In this document: in pieces, positions 4,844-13,210 of the stretch
How the letters are laid out: each line of letters begins with the position of its first letter
Numbering within the stretch: position 1 is the stretch's first letter
NCBI GenBank assembly: GCA_013416795.1
Contig: RQSC01001105.1
Span: 45,718-58,927, forward strand
Direction of reading: 5' to 3'
DNA: 13,210 nucleotides
Source: Prasinococcaceae sp. CCMP 1430
Taxonomy: Eukaryota; Plantae; Prasinodermophyta
Notes under the pieces: generated by a model
Database searches by the model: none
What the model was told of the DNA's origin: nothing
Seen by the model: the letters and a program-made list of their open reading frames with translations, nothing else
Translations under genes and position numbers: made by a program

Positions 4844-7273
4844 TTCCTGCGCGCGGGCGACGCGCGCGAGGCGTCGGACGAGTGGGGCCGCGCGGCGTCG
4901 CTCGCGGCGCAGATGGACTCGTCGGTGCCGCGCGGCGCGGCGTGCGCGGCGTGCGTCTTCGTGCGCCCGGTGGGCCTCGCGCCGCACTTCAGTGCGCTGG
5001 AGGCGGTCGCGGCGAATGTGGGCGACTGCCGCGTGGCACTGCTCGTCGACGGCGACCTGCACGCGCTCAGCGTCAAGCACACGCCCGGCGCCGCGCCCGC
5101 CGAGCTCGAACGCGTTCGCAACGCCGGCTGCGCCGTGGGAAGGGCCGTGGACAAGAAAGGCAACCACCACGGGCCGCTGCGCGTGTATCCCGGCGGCCTC
5201 GCCGTGACGCGCGCCCTGGGTGGGAGCGCGTACGCCAAGGCCGTGACTCCCATCCCGGCCGTGCGGTCGGTGACGCTGCCCCCGCACTGCTGGAGCCGCC
5301 TCATTGTCGCCAGCAACGGCGTGTGGAGCGCGCTCCCGCAGCGCGCGGTGGAGCGCGTGCTGGCGTCGCACGGGGAACCGGCCGCCGCGGCGCGTGCCCT
5401 GGTGGCCGCCGCTCGCATGCGCCGGCCCGGCATGGACGACACCACCGTCGTGGTGGTTGACATCCCGCCAATGGACTGGAACGAGGCTGGAGTCACCGGC
5501 GGCGAACGCACCCCGGGCATGGCGTCGCACTCCCGCTCGCGCAGCCACCTGCCGACCAAGCCCTGGCCGCTGGAGGCTGTGCGCCCTGTCGAGCACCCCA
5601 TCGGTCTGCGCGCCGCCCAGGACGACGAGGCGTCCGAGACCGGCCGAGAGGGTGGCGGCAGCGGGCTGACGCGCACCGTGTCAGACCTCACGATGACCGG
5701 CGAACACGTGAGGGCTTCGTTCGCCTCGGAGGCGCGCGGGCTGAGCGGGCTGACAGTGCTGGACGAGATGCCATCGCGCAAGGTGGGACCGCCGGGCAGG
5801 CTGGAGGAGTCGTACAAGTTGGGCAAGGTGTTGGGCCACGGCAAGTACGGTCACGTGTACGCTGCCACCACGCGCGATGCGCCGCACCGCGAAGTGGCGG
5901 TGAAGGCGGTCGACCTGCGAAGTGAGGTTTTGCGCAGGCGCGTGTGCGAGGAGCTTGACTGCCTCGTTCAGGTGAGTGGGCGGCACCCGCGCGTCCCGCG
6001 CGTGGAGGCCACGTTCGAGCAGTGCTTCAGCGGAGACGGCGTGGTGCACGTGTGCATCGTGACGGACAGGTACAGAGGCGGCACCCTCCTCGACTACCTC
6101 GGATCGCTCGAAACGCTCGACGATACGATCGTCGCCACGCTCATGGGCCAGCTCCTGTCTGCGCTGGCCTTCCTGCACGCTCAGCACCCGCCGATCGCGC
6201 ACAGAGACATAAAGCCGACGAACATCATGATTCGCGACGGCGCGGCGGAGGATCCACAACTCGTGCTCTTGGACTTCGGCCTGGCGACGTGCGTGGGGAC
6301 CGCCAGCCACGGCGGTAGGAGCTTGAACGCGATGGCGGGCACGCGGTTCTTCCAGGCGCCCGAAGTGGTGGCGAGGGAGGGCTATGGCGTCTCCGCGGAC
6401 ATCTGGTCGTGCGGTGTGCTGCTCTGGGCACTGCTCGCGGGCATGCCTGCGCCGGGCGCGCCCGTCAGGGAGGCGTTTGAAATCATTCAGCGCGGGGAAT
6501 TGCCGCCGTCGACCCCGACGAACCTCTCGGACGACCTCCGCGACCTGCTGTCGCAGATGCTTCAGCCCGACCCGTCGAAGCGCGTGACTGCGCGGAACGC
6601 GCTCAACCACCCGTGGCTGGCGCGCACAAGGGAGCATGCGCATTCCTACGCGGGGGGGAAGTCCGCTCGCCCGGTCAGCCCGAGCGATCTGAGCGTCGTG
6701 AGCTGCGAGTCGGACGCGGACCTCTCCCGGCGCTCCTCCAACGGCGACTTCTCCGAAGGCTCGATGCATGGCATCCAGGCCATGCAGTCCGCGGCGGCCT
6801 TCGAGGCCGAAGCGCTGGCCGCGCTGCGCGACCACCTCAACGCGCACGAGACGCGGACCGTGCTGCGCGAACTCAACCTCGGCGCCGACATGCACCTCGG
6901 ACTCACGGAGGGCACCACGCTGGCGTCGGACCTGGAGGACGCGCTGCTCGAGGTGGGCTGCAGCGAGGCGCATGCGGCGATCACGCTGCTCTGCTTCCGC
7001 TACGGCAACCCCAACATGCTGGCGCTCTCCTCTGCTAAACTGGTGGCTATGCTAGGCGTCCACGCCATGTACGCGACGACGTCGTCCGCAAGGGGCGAGG
7101 CGACTGGGGACAGCCCTCCCTTGTTTGGGGGGGGCAGGGAGCGGTGGCGACACAGCAGTGCAAGCAGCGCCGGCAGCTCGCAAAGTAGCGGGCGCGCGTA
7201 CGCCTCCACCGGTACGTACGGAGGCGCCGCAAGGTCCTTTCTTGCTGGAGGCATGGCGGGGGCGGCCGCCTAG
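4844..7273 (+). CDS. Terminal exon of a PP2C-like (probable pseudophosphatase) / Ser-Thr protein kinase (CAMK/CDPK-like) fusion protein with degenerate CaM-like tail
   Basis: PP2C motifs: ANVGDCR (5012-5032), GPLRVYPGGLAVTRALG, LIVASNGVW, MDDTTVVVVD (5432-5461). Kinase ~5813-6619: GHGKYG (5834-5851), VAVK (5894-5905), HRDIKPTN (6200-6223), DFG (6272-6280), APE (6356-6364), DIWSCG, KR..A..AL.HPWL. Acceptor at 4843 is 69 nt upstream of and in frame with ATG 4913; stop TAG 7271-7273. Confidence 0.9.
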   Translation, partial: FLRAGDAREASDEWGRAASLAAQMDSSVPRGAACAACVFVRPVGLAPHFSALEAVAANVGDCRVALLVDGDLHALSVKHTPGAAPAELERVRNAGCAVGRAVDKKGNHHGPLRVYPGGLAVTRALGGSAYAKAVTPIPAVRSVTLPPHCWSRLIVASNGVWSALPQRAVERVLASHGEPAAAARALVAAARMRRPGMDDTTVVVVDIPPMDWNEAGVTGGERTPGMASHSRSRSHLPTKPWPLEAVRPVEHPIGLRAAQDDEASETGREGGGSGLTRTVSDLTMTGEHVRASFASEARGLSGLTVLDEMPSRKVGPPGRLEESYKLGKVLGHGKYGHVYAATTRDAPHREVAVKAVDLRSEVLRRRVCEELDCLVQVSGRHPRVPRVEATFEQCFSGDGVVHVCIVTDRYRGGTLLDYLGSLETLDDTIVATLMGQLLSALAFLHAQHPPIAHRDIKPTNIMIRDGAAEDPQLVLLDFGLATCVGTASHGGRSLNAMAGTRFFQAPEVVAREGYGVSADIWSCGVLLWALLAGMPAPGAPVREAFEIIQRGELPPSTPTNLSDDLRDLLSQMLQPDPSKRVTARNALNHPWLARTREHAHSYAGGKSARPVSPSDLSVVSCESDADLSRRSSNGDFSEGSMHGIQAMQSAAAFEAEALAALRDHLNAHETRTVLRELNLGADMHLGLTEGTTLASDLEDALLEVGCSEAHAAITLLCFRYGNPNMLALSSAKLVAMLGVHAMYATTSSARGEATGDSPPLFGGGRERWRHSSASSAGSSQSSGRAYASTGTYGGAARSFLAGGMAGAAA

Positions 7274-7567
7274 GACTTTGGTCGGACCCTACCAAGCCCG
7301 CCGCGATGCGTTCGCCCCCCTGGCGCTGGCGAGAGGCGCGCTAGCTAGAGGAAACGCAGAAACCTTAACAAACGAACGACGCTTGTACCATGCGATCGAT
7401 TGGATGCGGGCATGTGAGGGTGGGGCGCGCGAGCGATCAGACGCCGGCGTCCGTTCGGTGCGGGAATGGTACAGTACTGTGTTATTAGCATCCCGGGCGG
7501 GCTCGGCCTGGCGCTGTGCGTCCGCACGAGCGCCCCGCGCTTGCGTGCTGCGACGCCGCGCGGACGT

Positions 7568-9385
7568 TTATAAGGCGGCGAGTCGCGGCACGGATTGTCT
7601 CCTGGACCCCCCGCGTGAAGAGGACGCGAGCAACACTTCGCTGCGAACGGCGTCCACCGCGCGCTCGGCTGCAGCGCGCGCGGCCTCGGCCGCCTCGGCG
7701 GCCTCGGCGGCGGCGGCGGCGGCGGCCTTGTGGCGCTCGGCGTCCGCCCTTGCGGCTGTGGCCACTGCCCCGGCCTCAATGCGAGCGGCCTCCTCCTCCT
7801 TAAGCGCCTCCAGCACTTCCGCAGCCGCGTCCGCCTTCGCTTGGAGCTCGGTTCGGTGGATCTCGCGAGCGCGCTGCGCCTCGGAGCGCGCGGCCTGGGC
7901 ATCGCTCGCCGCCCGCTCCGCCGCTCGCTCCGCCGCGTTGCGTGCCTGCTCGGCATTCGCCTGGGCAGCCTTGGCGCCATGCAGGGCACCCTCGGCGACG
8001 CCTGCGCGTTCCTCGGCGGCGGCCAGGCACGTCTGCGCGTGCTTCACCTCGCGCTTCATCTGCTGCTCGGCAAGCTCGAGCGCAGAGCTGGCCTCGTGCG
8101 CACGAAACTTGGCCGCTGCAAGCTCCTGGCTGAGCTCCTGGTAGCGCCGAGAGAGCGTGCCGAGTTGAGCGCGCGCCTGTGCGGCTTGGGCCTCCCTGTC
8201 TGCGAGGCGCTCCTCCGCTTCGCGCCGAACCTCCGCCAGGCGGTCGCCCGCGTCGCGCCGCGCATCAGCGATCGCTGCGGAGGCGCGCTCCTCGCGCTCG
8301 CGGCTGGCGACGAGCGACGCTTCCGCCACTGCCGCGCGCCGCTCGGCGTCCGCGAGCGACTGCGCGCGCGACTCCTGCGCGGCGCGCATTCCCTCCAGGG
8401 CATCTTGCGACTCGGTGGCACGACGCAGCGCAGTCTCCAGGGCAGACTGGACAGACTCGCGCGCGGCCTGCGCGGCCTTCTCGCGCTCGGTGGCCGATGC
8501 GAGCGCCTCGAGCGCCTCGTGGCGCTCGCGGCGAGCGGCCGCGAGCGCCTCTCGCGAGGCGTCCGCGTCGGCCGCCGCGCGCTCTCCGGCGGCGTGCGCC
8601 GCTGCGCGCAGCTCGTGCAGCGCGATGTCCTTGGCGTTCGCGTCGCGCGCCAGCACTTCGCGCTCCGCACGCGCGGTGACCGCGTCGCCTTCGGCACGCT
8701 TTGCCGCGGACGCGTTCTCGGCCGCGGCGGCCTGCGCGGCGGCAGCCGCCGCGCGCTCGGTGTTGGCGCGCTCGGCCTCCTGCGCAGCGTGCACATGCGC
8801 GGCCTCCTCCCGCGAGCGCGCCGCAGCCAGCTGGCCCTCGAGGCGCGCGATGGCACTGGCTGACTCGGAGGCGTGCTGCGCCGCGCCCGCCTCCGCCGAC
8901 GCGCGCCTGTCAAGCTCGAAGCACAGCGCATGCACCTCAGACTCCGCGCGCGCGCACTTGGCCTGCCAGGAGTCGCACTGCGACGTCAGCGCGGCCACCT
9001 CGGAGGCGGCCGCGGCGAGCGCCTCCTCGCGCGCGCCGAGCGACTCGCTGAGCGCGTCGCAGCGCTTAGCGAGTGCCTCGGCGGTGGCGCGCGTGCGGCC
9101 GAGCTCCTCGCCAGCCCCGGCTCCCTCCGCGAGCGCCGCTTCCAACTTGGCACGAAGCGCGTCGGCCCGCTGCGCCGTGGCCTCAGCGCGCTCCTCCTGC
9201 GCCGACGCGCGCGCGCGCTGCTCGGCGGCGGCCCTCTCGAGCGCGTCGCGCTCGCGCGCGAGCGCGTCGAGTCGCTGCTCGAGGGCAGCGCCGCGCGCCT
9301 CCCCGTCGGCGCGGGCTCGTTCGGCCTCCTCGAGGCGGGCCTCCAGCGCAGTCGCGCGCGCGTCCGCGGCGTTGCGATCGGCGAG
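7568..9385 (-). CDS. Long Ala/Glu/Arg-rich coiled-coil protein, 5'-truncated at gap N9386
   Basis: About 605 open codons of heptad-like helical sequence (LEARLEEAERARAD, LSRRYQELSQELAAAK). Stop TAA at 7570-7568, convergent with the kinase gene. No specific family recognised. Confidence 0.8.
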   Translation of the reverse strand, partial: LADRNAADARATALEARLEEAERARADGEARGAALEQRLDALARERDALERAAAEQRARASAQEERAEATAQRADALRAKLEAALAEGAGAGEELGRTRATAEALAKRCDALSESLGAREEALAAAASEVAALTSQCDSWQAKCARAESEVHALCFELDRRASAEAGAAQHASESASAIARLEGQLAAARSREEAAHVHAAQEAERANTERAAAAAAQAAAAENASAAKRAEGDAVTARAEREVLARDANAKDIALHELRAAAHAAGERAAADADASREALAAARRERHEALEALASATEREKAAQAARESVQSALETALRRATESQDALEGMRAAQESRAQSLADAERRAAVAEASLVASREREERASAAIADARRDAGDRLAEVRREAEERLADREAQAAQARAQLGTLSRRYQELSQELAAAKFRAHEASSALELAEQQMKREVKHAQTCLAAAEERAGVAEGALHGAKAAQANAEQARNAAERAAERAASDAQAARSEAQRAREIHRTELQAKADAAAEVLEALKEEEAARIEAGAVATAARADAERHKAAAAAAAEAAEAAEAARAAAERAVDAVRSEVLLASSSRGGSRRQSVPRLAAL

Positions 9386-9386
9386 N

Positions 9387-9602
9387 AGCGACATGTACAC
9401 GCTGGAGCTGCACGACCCCAACGTCACCCCCCAGCAGAAGGCATCCCTGCTTGGCAGTCTGTTGTTGCTCGACTACATGTTCTTCGAGAGGGACAATGAC
9501 ATGGTTCGCTGCGAGGATGGCAAGCTCAAGATCAACATCTGCAACACTTTCTGCTACGGGTGCCTGTGCCCGTGCGAGATCGTCCTGCAGAACAATCAGT
9601 AG
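9387..9602 (+). CDS. Phospholipid scramblase (PLSCR-like), C-terminal fragment, 5'-truncated at gap N9386
   Basis: SDMYTLELHDPNVTPQQKASLLGSLLLLDYMFFE matches the PLSCR C-terminal signature ([33 protein letters not shown] in human PLSCR1). Followed by a Cys-rich tail and TAG 9600-9602. Confidence 0.85.
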   Translation, partial: SDMYTLELHDPNVTPQQKASLLGSLLLLDYMFFERDNDMVRCEDGKLKINICNTFCYGCLCPCEIVLQNNQ

Positions 9603-10749
9603 AGGCCGCAGCGCAGGCTCGCGAGGGCGTGCCCACTCTGGCAAGCGCACGCTGCAGAACAAGCGCAGGAGCGCGGGGTAGGCAGACGCAGAAGCGGCAC
9701 TCTGCCGGTGTGGATGACCGCTTCGCGCATACAGTAAAGACGGCACATGTGTTCGACTGAGCCATCGGGCGCCGCGCTGCGGGGGTCACGCTGGCCGCGC
9801 AGGTTCGTGCATGGTGCACGCGTGAGCACATGGTCTTTTTTTTTTTTTTGAAAGGCGCCTCTGACGTGATATAGTTCCAATGTGGGCGTGCGCCACTCGC
9901 CGCGCGCGCCGCACCGTGGGCATCAGTCTCGCGGGCGGTGCTGAGCTACACCGGTGCACGTCTGGGCTGGTCTCGCGGCGTGCCACCACGAGAAAAGGGG
10001 GAGGCGCGGCTGGGGCGCCTTTTTTGCTCTCCTTGCGGACCCGGTGGTGGTGGTGTCGAATTGTTCAAGTTGGGCTGTGCAACACCCTTGCTTGATTCAG
10101 TGGTGAGCGCAGCGAGCGCGACGAGCGCCTTTGCGCCGTGGGGCGTGGCCACCATGGCGCACATGCTCAGTGCGCGCCTGCTGCAGAAGCTAGATGCACT
10201 CGGCCGCGAGCTGCGTGAATCTGCGGGGCCACTCGAGCAGGCGCTCCTCACGGCTGGCACGCGAGGGGGGCGCACGCGCGCCCCCCCGCGCGCGCTCGGT
10301 CGGTCGGTCGGCGTTTTCGAACGCGCGGCCGACCGAACGCGGCGCTGTCTGCGCGCTGCTGCGCTGCGCCGCGTCCGGCCGCGACCGCGACCGCGACCGC
10401 TCGCGCTCCCCGGGGGAACCGCAGCGGTCCCTGCCCCTCCCCATCGATCCATCAATCAATCAATCGCTGGGCCCGAACCGAACCACACCCAAACCAAAAC
10501 ACCCACCAAAACATCGAAAACAAGACAACCATCGAACTTTTACTTTTACACGTACTGACTTTTGGTGATGGGGGGGGCATCGCATCGCATGCGGATCGAC
10601 CGAAGTCGCGCGGGCGTGTACACGAGTTCATTCCGTAGGATAGGAAATCGTAGGAAATCGAGGCGCCTTGGTATCGCGTGCCGCGGCGGGCGAGTTTGCG
10701 CCGGCCGCGGTCGCGCGCGCGCGCCGGCGGGGCGCCGCGTTGCGCGTGC

Positions 10750-11288
10750 CTCTGCTGAAGCTCAGCGTACACGGTCTCTGTAACTGCGCTGCGCACCTGC
10801 GCCTCTACCGCGGCGCGGAGCGCTGACGCATCCTCCTGGCGCCAGGACACCAAGCGGCACAGCGATGGTACCACGTCACGCGTGTAAAGCACGCGCGACT
10901 CGACCGCGCATGGCGCGGGTCGCTCCCACAAATTCTGGTGCTGGTCCGGGGCAGAGCGCACGGCAGCAGCACTGACATCGTCCCTAGGCCTCTCTGCACT
11001 GACTCGTGTCGTGCCCGCAGGTGCGACCACTCTTTCTCCGTCCTTCGTTCCCTGCGCAACACCGGGTTGGGGCAGAGGCGGCCGCGCTACCGCGACCTTG
11101 GCCTCGAAAAGGCGCGCCTGCCGCCGTGGATTGAGCGCACGCATGTTCTCGTCGCCGAGGGTGTTGAGCTGCCAGCCGCGCTTAATGGAGCGCCACTTGG
11201 CAACCTGCGCGAGAAGGCCCGTCTTGGCCAACATTGTCCGGTCGAGCGCCTTTGCTGTGGTCTCGACCATCGCAGCGAGCGCGCGGCG
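10750..11288 (-). CDS. Hypothetical protein exon, 5'-truncated at gap N11289 (ALAAMVETTAKALDRTMLAKTGLLAQVAKW...VYAELQQ)
   Basis: Open frame with high third-position GC and protein-like composition. The in-register + frame has many A/T third positions, as expected of an antisense shadow. Composition switches to GC/simple-repeat sequence at 10749. No family recognised. Confidence 0.55.
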
Positions 11289-11515
11289 NGCTGCGGCACG
11301 CGCGCCAGCAGTGCGGCCGCGCCCGCGTGCGGCGCGGCGCCCATCGGCCCCCACTACCGCCACGGCAGGGAAGGGGAGAGGCGGCGGGGCGGGGAGGAGG
11401 AGTGGCGCCGCCGCGGCGCGGCCCACCCGCGCGGCGTCACGTCGCTCGAACGCCGTTTTGACCCTCCGATGCCAATCCAAACCTCAACTCGCACCCCAAA
11501 CCCTCTTCGGGCCAG

Positions 11516-11655
11516 CGAGCTGGCGCCCGACCGAGCGCGCCGAGGAGCGCATGTCCACGCTGCCGCAAGAGGTGGGCGGAGGCGCTGAGGAGCGGGAAGA
11601 CCAGCTCCACAAAGTGAGCGACAAGATCCCCCGCGTGCGCGCGCCGCTGGCATGA
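11516..11655 (+). CDS. Possible terminal exon of an unknown + strand gene (SWRPTERAEERMSTLPQEVGGGAEEREDQLHKVSDKIPRVRAPLA*)
   Basis: C-rich stretch ending GGGCCAG (acceptor at 11513-11515), high third-position GC, TGA 11653-11655, then an AT-rich spacer convergent with the transporter. Frame is ambiguous: another frame stops earlier. Confidence 0.3.
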
Positions 11656-11822
11656 CGCGAGGGAACTCGGCCTCCGCGGGCAGACTGGACATGTGATAGC
11701 AGCGAGTTTAATTTGATTCCATTGATTGAAGAATGGGCTGCGCCAATGCAGCGCGTGGGCGCCGCACGCAGCAGAAGGGATGCGATGCTGCCCGGGGCGC
11801 TGGCGCCGCCTGGCCGTCGGGC

Positions 11823-12897
11823 TCATCTGCTCTCCGCGTCGGTGCCCCTGATGGCCGCCTCTATGTCATTACCACTCCCGCGCTGTGTCACGCCTGCCAC
11901 CAGCCTCTGTGGGGCGGACCCATCCGCCCCACCCGGTCCGCCGCCGCTCCCAACGATGCCGCTGCCGGCTCCAGCCCCGCCGCCCTCGTCGCCGAGCACG
12001 TCGCCGAGCAGGCGCGCGCGTGCGTCGGCGTCCTCGCCCTTCGGGGCGCCCCCCACCTCTTTCTTGGCGCCGTCCCCCTCTTTCTCTGCGAGGGACGCGC
12101 GCGTATACATGGCCATCCCCACGATCGCTATGCCCATGCCTATGATGCACCTGACATTGACGGGGTCGCCCAGCACTGTGAAGCCGAAGAGGAGCACCAG
12201 AATGGTCTTGAGGTGACCAGTCACCTGATACGTCAATGCCGAAGTCGCGCCGATGACGAAGAAAGCGCTCATGTTTACGGCGATGGCCCACGCCGAGCTG
12301 AGAGCCACCATGTTGGCCAGCGGCAGGCTCCAGGGGAAGTCGAGCGCCGAGTGGCCGCCTGTGAGCATGTAGTCGACAGGCACGCCCACCACGGCGATGA
12401 CAGCGGCGGTCGGCAGCGCGGAGGCGGCCAGCAGCTGCGACGAGCTCACCGAGTACGTGCGCTGCAGCTCGCCCACCAGCAGCTGCTGTATGACGGTGGA
12501 GGCCACCGCGCCGCAGCTGAAGGCAAGCCCGAGTGCGTTGAGCGTGAGGTCGGTGACCGACGACACACCGAGGCCCAGCAGAAGCACGGCGAGCGAGCGC
12601 ATGACGGCGGGGCTGGCGCGCTTGCCGTGCGCGGCGTACTGGTAGCCGACCGTCGCGGGCGCCACGGCGAGCTTGCTCATCTGGTAGAAGCCCACGGTGT
12701 TAGCCTGCAGGCTCAGGTTGAACAGGCCGATGACGAGCGCCGTCAGCACCGCCATGCGCCACAGCGGTTGTGGCGGCAGCGCGCGCCGCTCGAATACACC
12801 GAACGACGACACGAGCCGCAGCGCGAGGTCTGTCACCACCATGTGGAGCGCCGTCAGGGTGCACATGAAGCGGAAGCCCATGGTGCTCACGATGTAC
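11823..12897 (-). CDS. Nucleotide-sugar transporter (TPT/SLC35 family; UXT/SLC35E3-like), exon 2
   Basis: NLSLQANTVGFYQMSKLAVAP and VNMSAFFVIGATSALTYQVTGHLKTILVL match plant UXT motifs (NLSLGFNSVGFYQMTKLAIIP; NFSTFLVIGKTSPVTYQVLGHLKTCLVL). Many hydrophobic helices; stop TGA at 11825-11823. Substrate cannot be assigned from sequence. Confidence 0.92.
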
Positions 12898-13092
12898 CTG
12901 GCGACGAGCGAGGCGGGAACCCAGGAGGGGTGGGCGGGCCGGGGGAGTCGCGGTCAGCGCGCAGGGCGCGCGAGAGCGGGTGGGCGCGAGTGGGCGCGCG
13001 TGCGCGCGGGCGCGTGAGAGAGCAAGAGAGGGAGGGAGAGCGGACGGAATGGAGGACGGGTACGGGCACCGCGCGCAGGGGCGCGCCCGCAC
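12898..13092 (-). other. 195-nt GT-AG intron of the transporter
   Basis: Minus-strand donor AACAA|GTGCGG (13092), acceptor CGCCAG|G (12898), branch-like GCTGAC at 12958-12953. Splicing restores the family motif VVNK-YIVS. Confidence 0.85.
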
Positions 13093-13210
13093 TTGTTCAC
13101 TACGACGATCGCCACGCTGGACGCGACGCTGAGCGCGATGCCCCCGGCGGCATGCAGGCGGCTGCGCTTCTCCGCGCCCGCGCCCGCGCCCGCGCCGCCC
13201 TCGCCCGCCA
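13093..13210 (-). CDS. Nucleotide-sugar transporter exon 1 (xAGEGGAGAGAGAEKRSRLHAAGGIALSVASSVAIVVVNK)
   Basis: First TM helix with the family motif SxxSSVAIVxxNK. The frame reads TG GCG GGC from 13210, so the start ATG is probably completed by base 13211, just outside the window. Confidence 0.85.

Noticed and set aside
4334-6973. Long minus-strand ORFs (4334-5596, 4783-5844, 5681-6973)
   Set aside because: Antisense shadows of the high-GC3 PP2C-kinase gene; no motifs.
7125-9385. Long + strand Ala/Ser/Arg ORFs (7125-8144, 7730-8863, 8415-9602) suggesting overlapping genes
   Set aside because: Shadows of the - strand coiled-coil gene. Only 9387-9602 of the 8415 ORF is real, and it is joined across the N gap.
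10154-10256. + strand ATG in a perfect Kozak context (GCCACCATGG) reading MAHMLSARLLQKLDALGRELRESAGPLEQALLTA
   Set aside because: Protein-like, but it overlaps candidate - strand exons in register and has no convincing + strand continuation. Unresolved rather than disproved; stranded RNA-seq would decide.
10452-10749. Read-through C-terminus of the 10452-11480 ORF
   Set aside because: Crosses (CG)n, TAGGA, G-run and TTTTGG simple sequence typical of introns or UTRs; the spliced model is preferred.
1-13210. CRISPR array, rRNA/tRNA, transposase or viral genes
   Set aside because: No spaced direct repeats with unique spacers, no cloverleaf or rRNA signatures, and no transposase, RT or viral motifs in any frame.

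Overview
Very GC-rich, intron-containing eukaryotic DNA. GTGCGN...CAG introns and (CG)n-rich spacers suggest a microalga or protist; a Pavlovales-type haptophyte is only my guess. The three single N bases (1806, 9386, 11289) behave like collapsed scaffold gaps, so every track ORF crossing them is chimeric. Genes, left to right: (1) a + strand GRDP/DUF1399-family gene from 948, broken at N1806 and apparently resuming with a Gly/Cys tract and an unusual C-terminal extension to 2676; (2) an intergenic region rich in simple repeats and poly(dA:dT); (3) a spliced + strand gene (exons 4474-4562 and 4844-7273, first exon not found) encoding an apparently dead PP2C domain, an intact CAMK/CDPK-type kinase and a degenerate CaM-like tail; its intron has complementary (TG)n and (CA)n arms; (4) the 3' part of a - strand Ala/Glu/Arg coiled-coil protein (7568-9385); (5) the 3' end of a + strand phospholipid scramblase (9387-9602); (6) a 5'-truncated - strand hypothetical gene, possibly with a GC-AG intron; (7) a possible orphan + strand terminal exon ending at 11655; (8) a - strand two-exon UXT/SLC35E3-like nucleotide-sugar transporter whose ATG probably lies at the window edge. 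No rRNA, tRNA, CRISPR array or transposase is supportable. The best leads are the pseudophosphatase-kinase fusion and the CA/TG fold-back architecture around its 89-nt exon.
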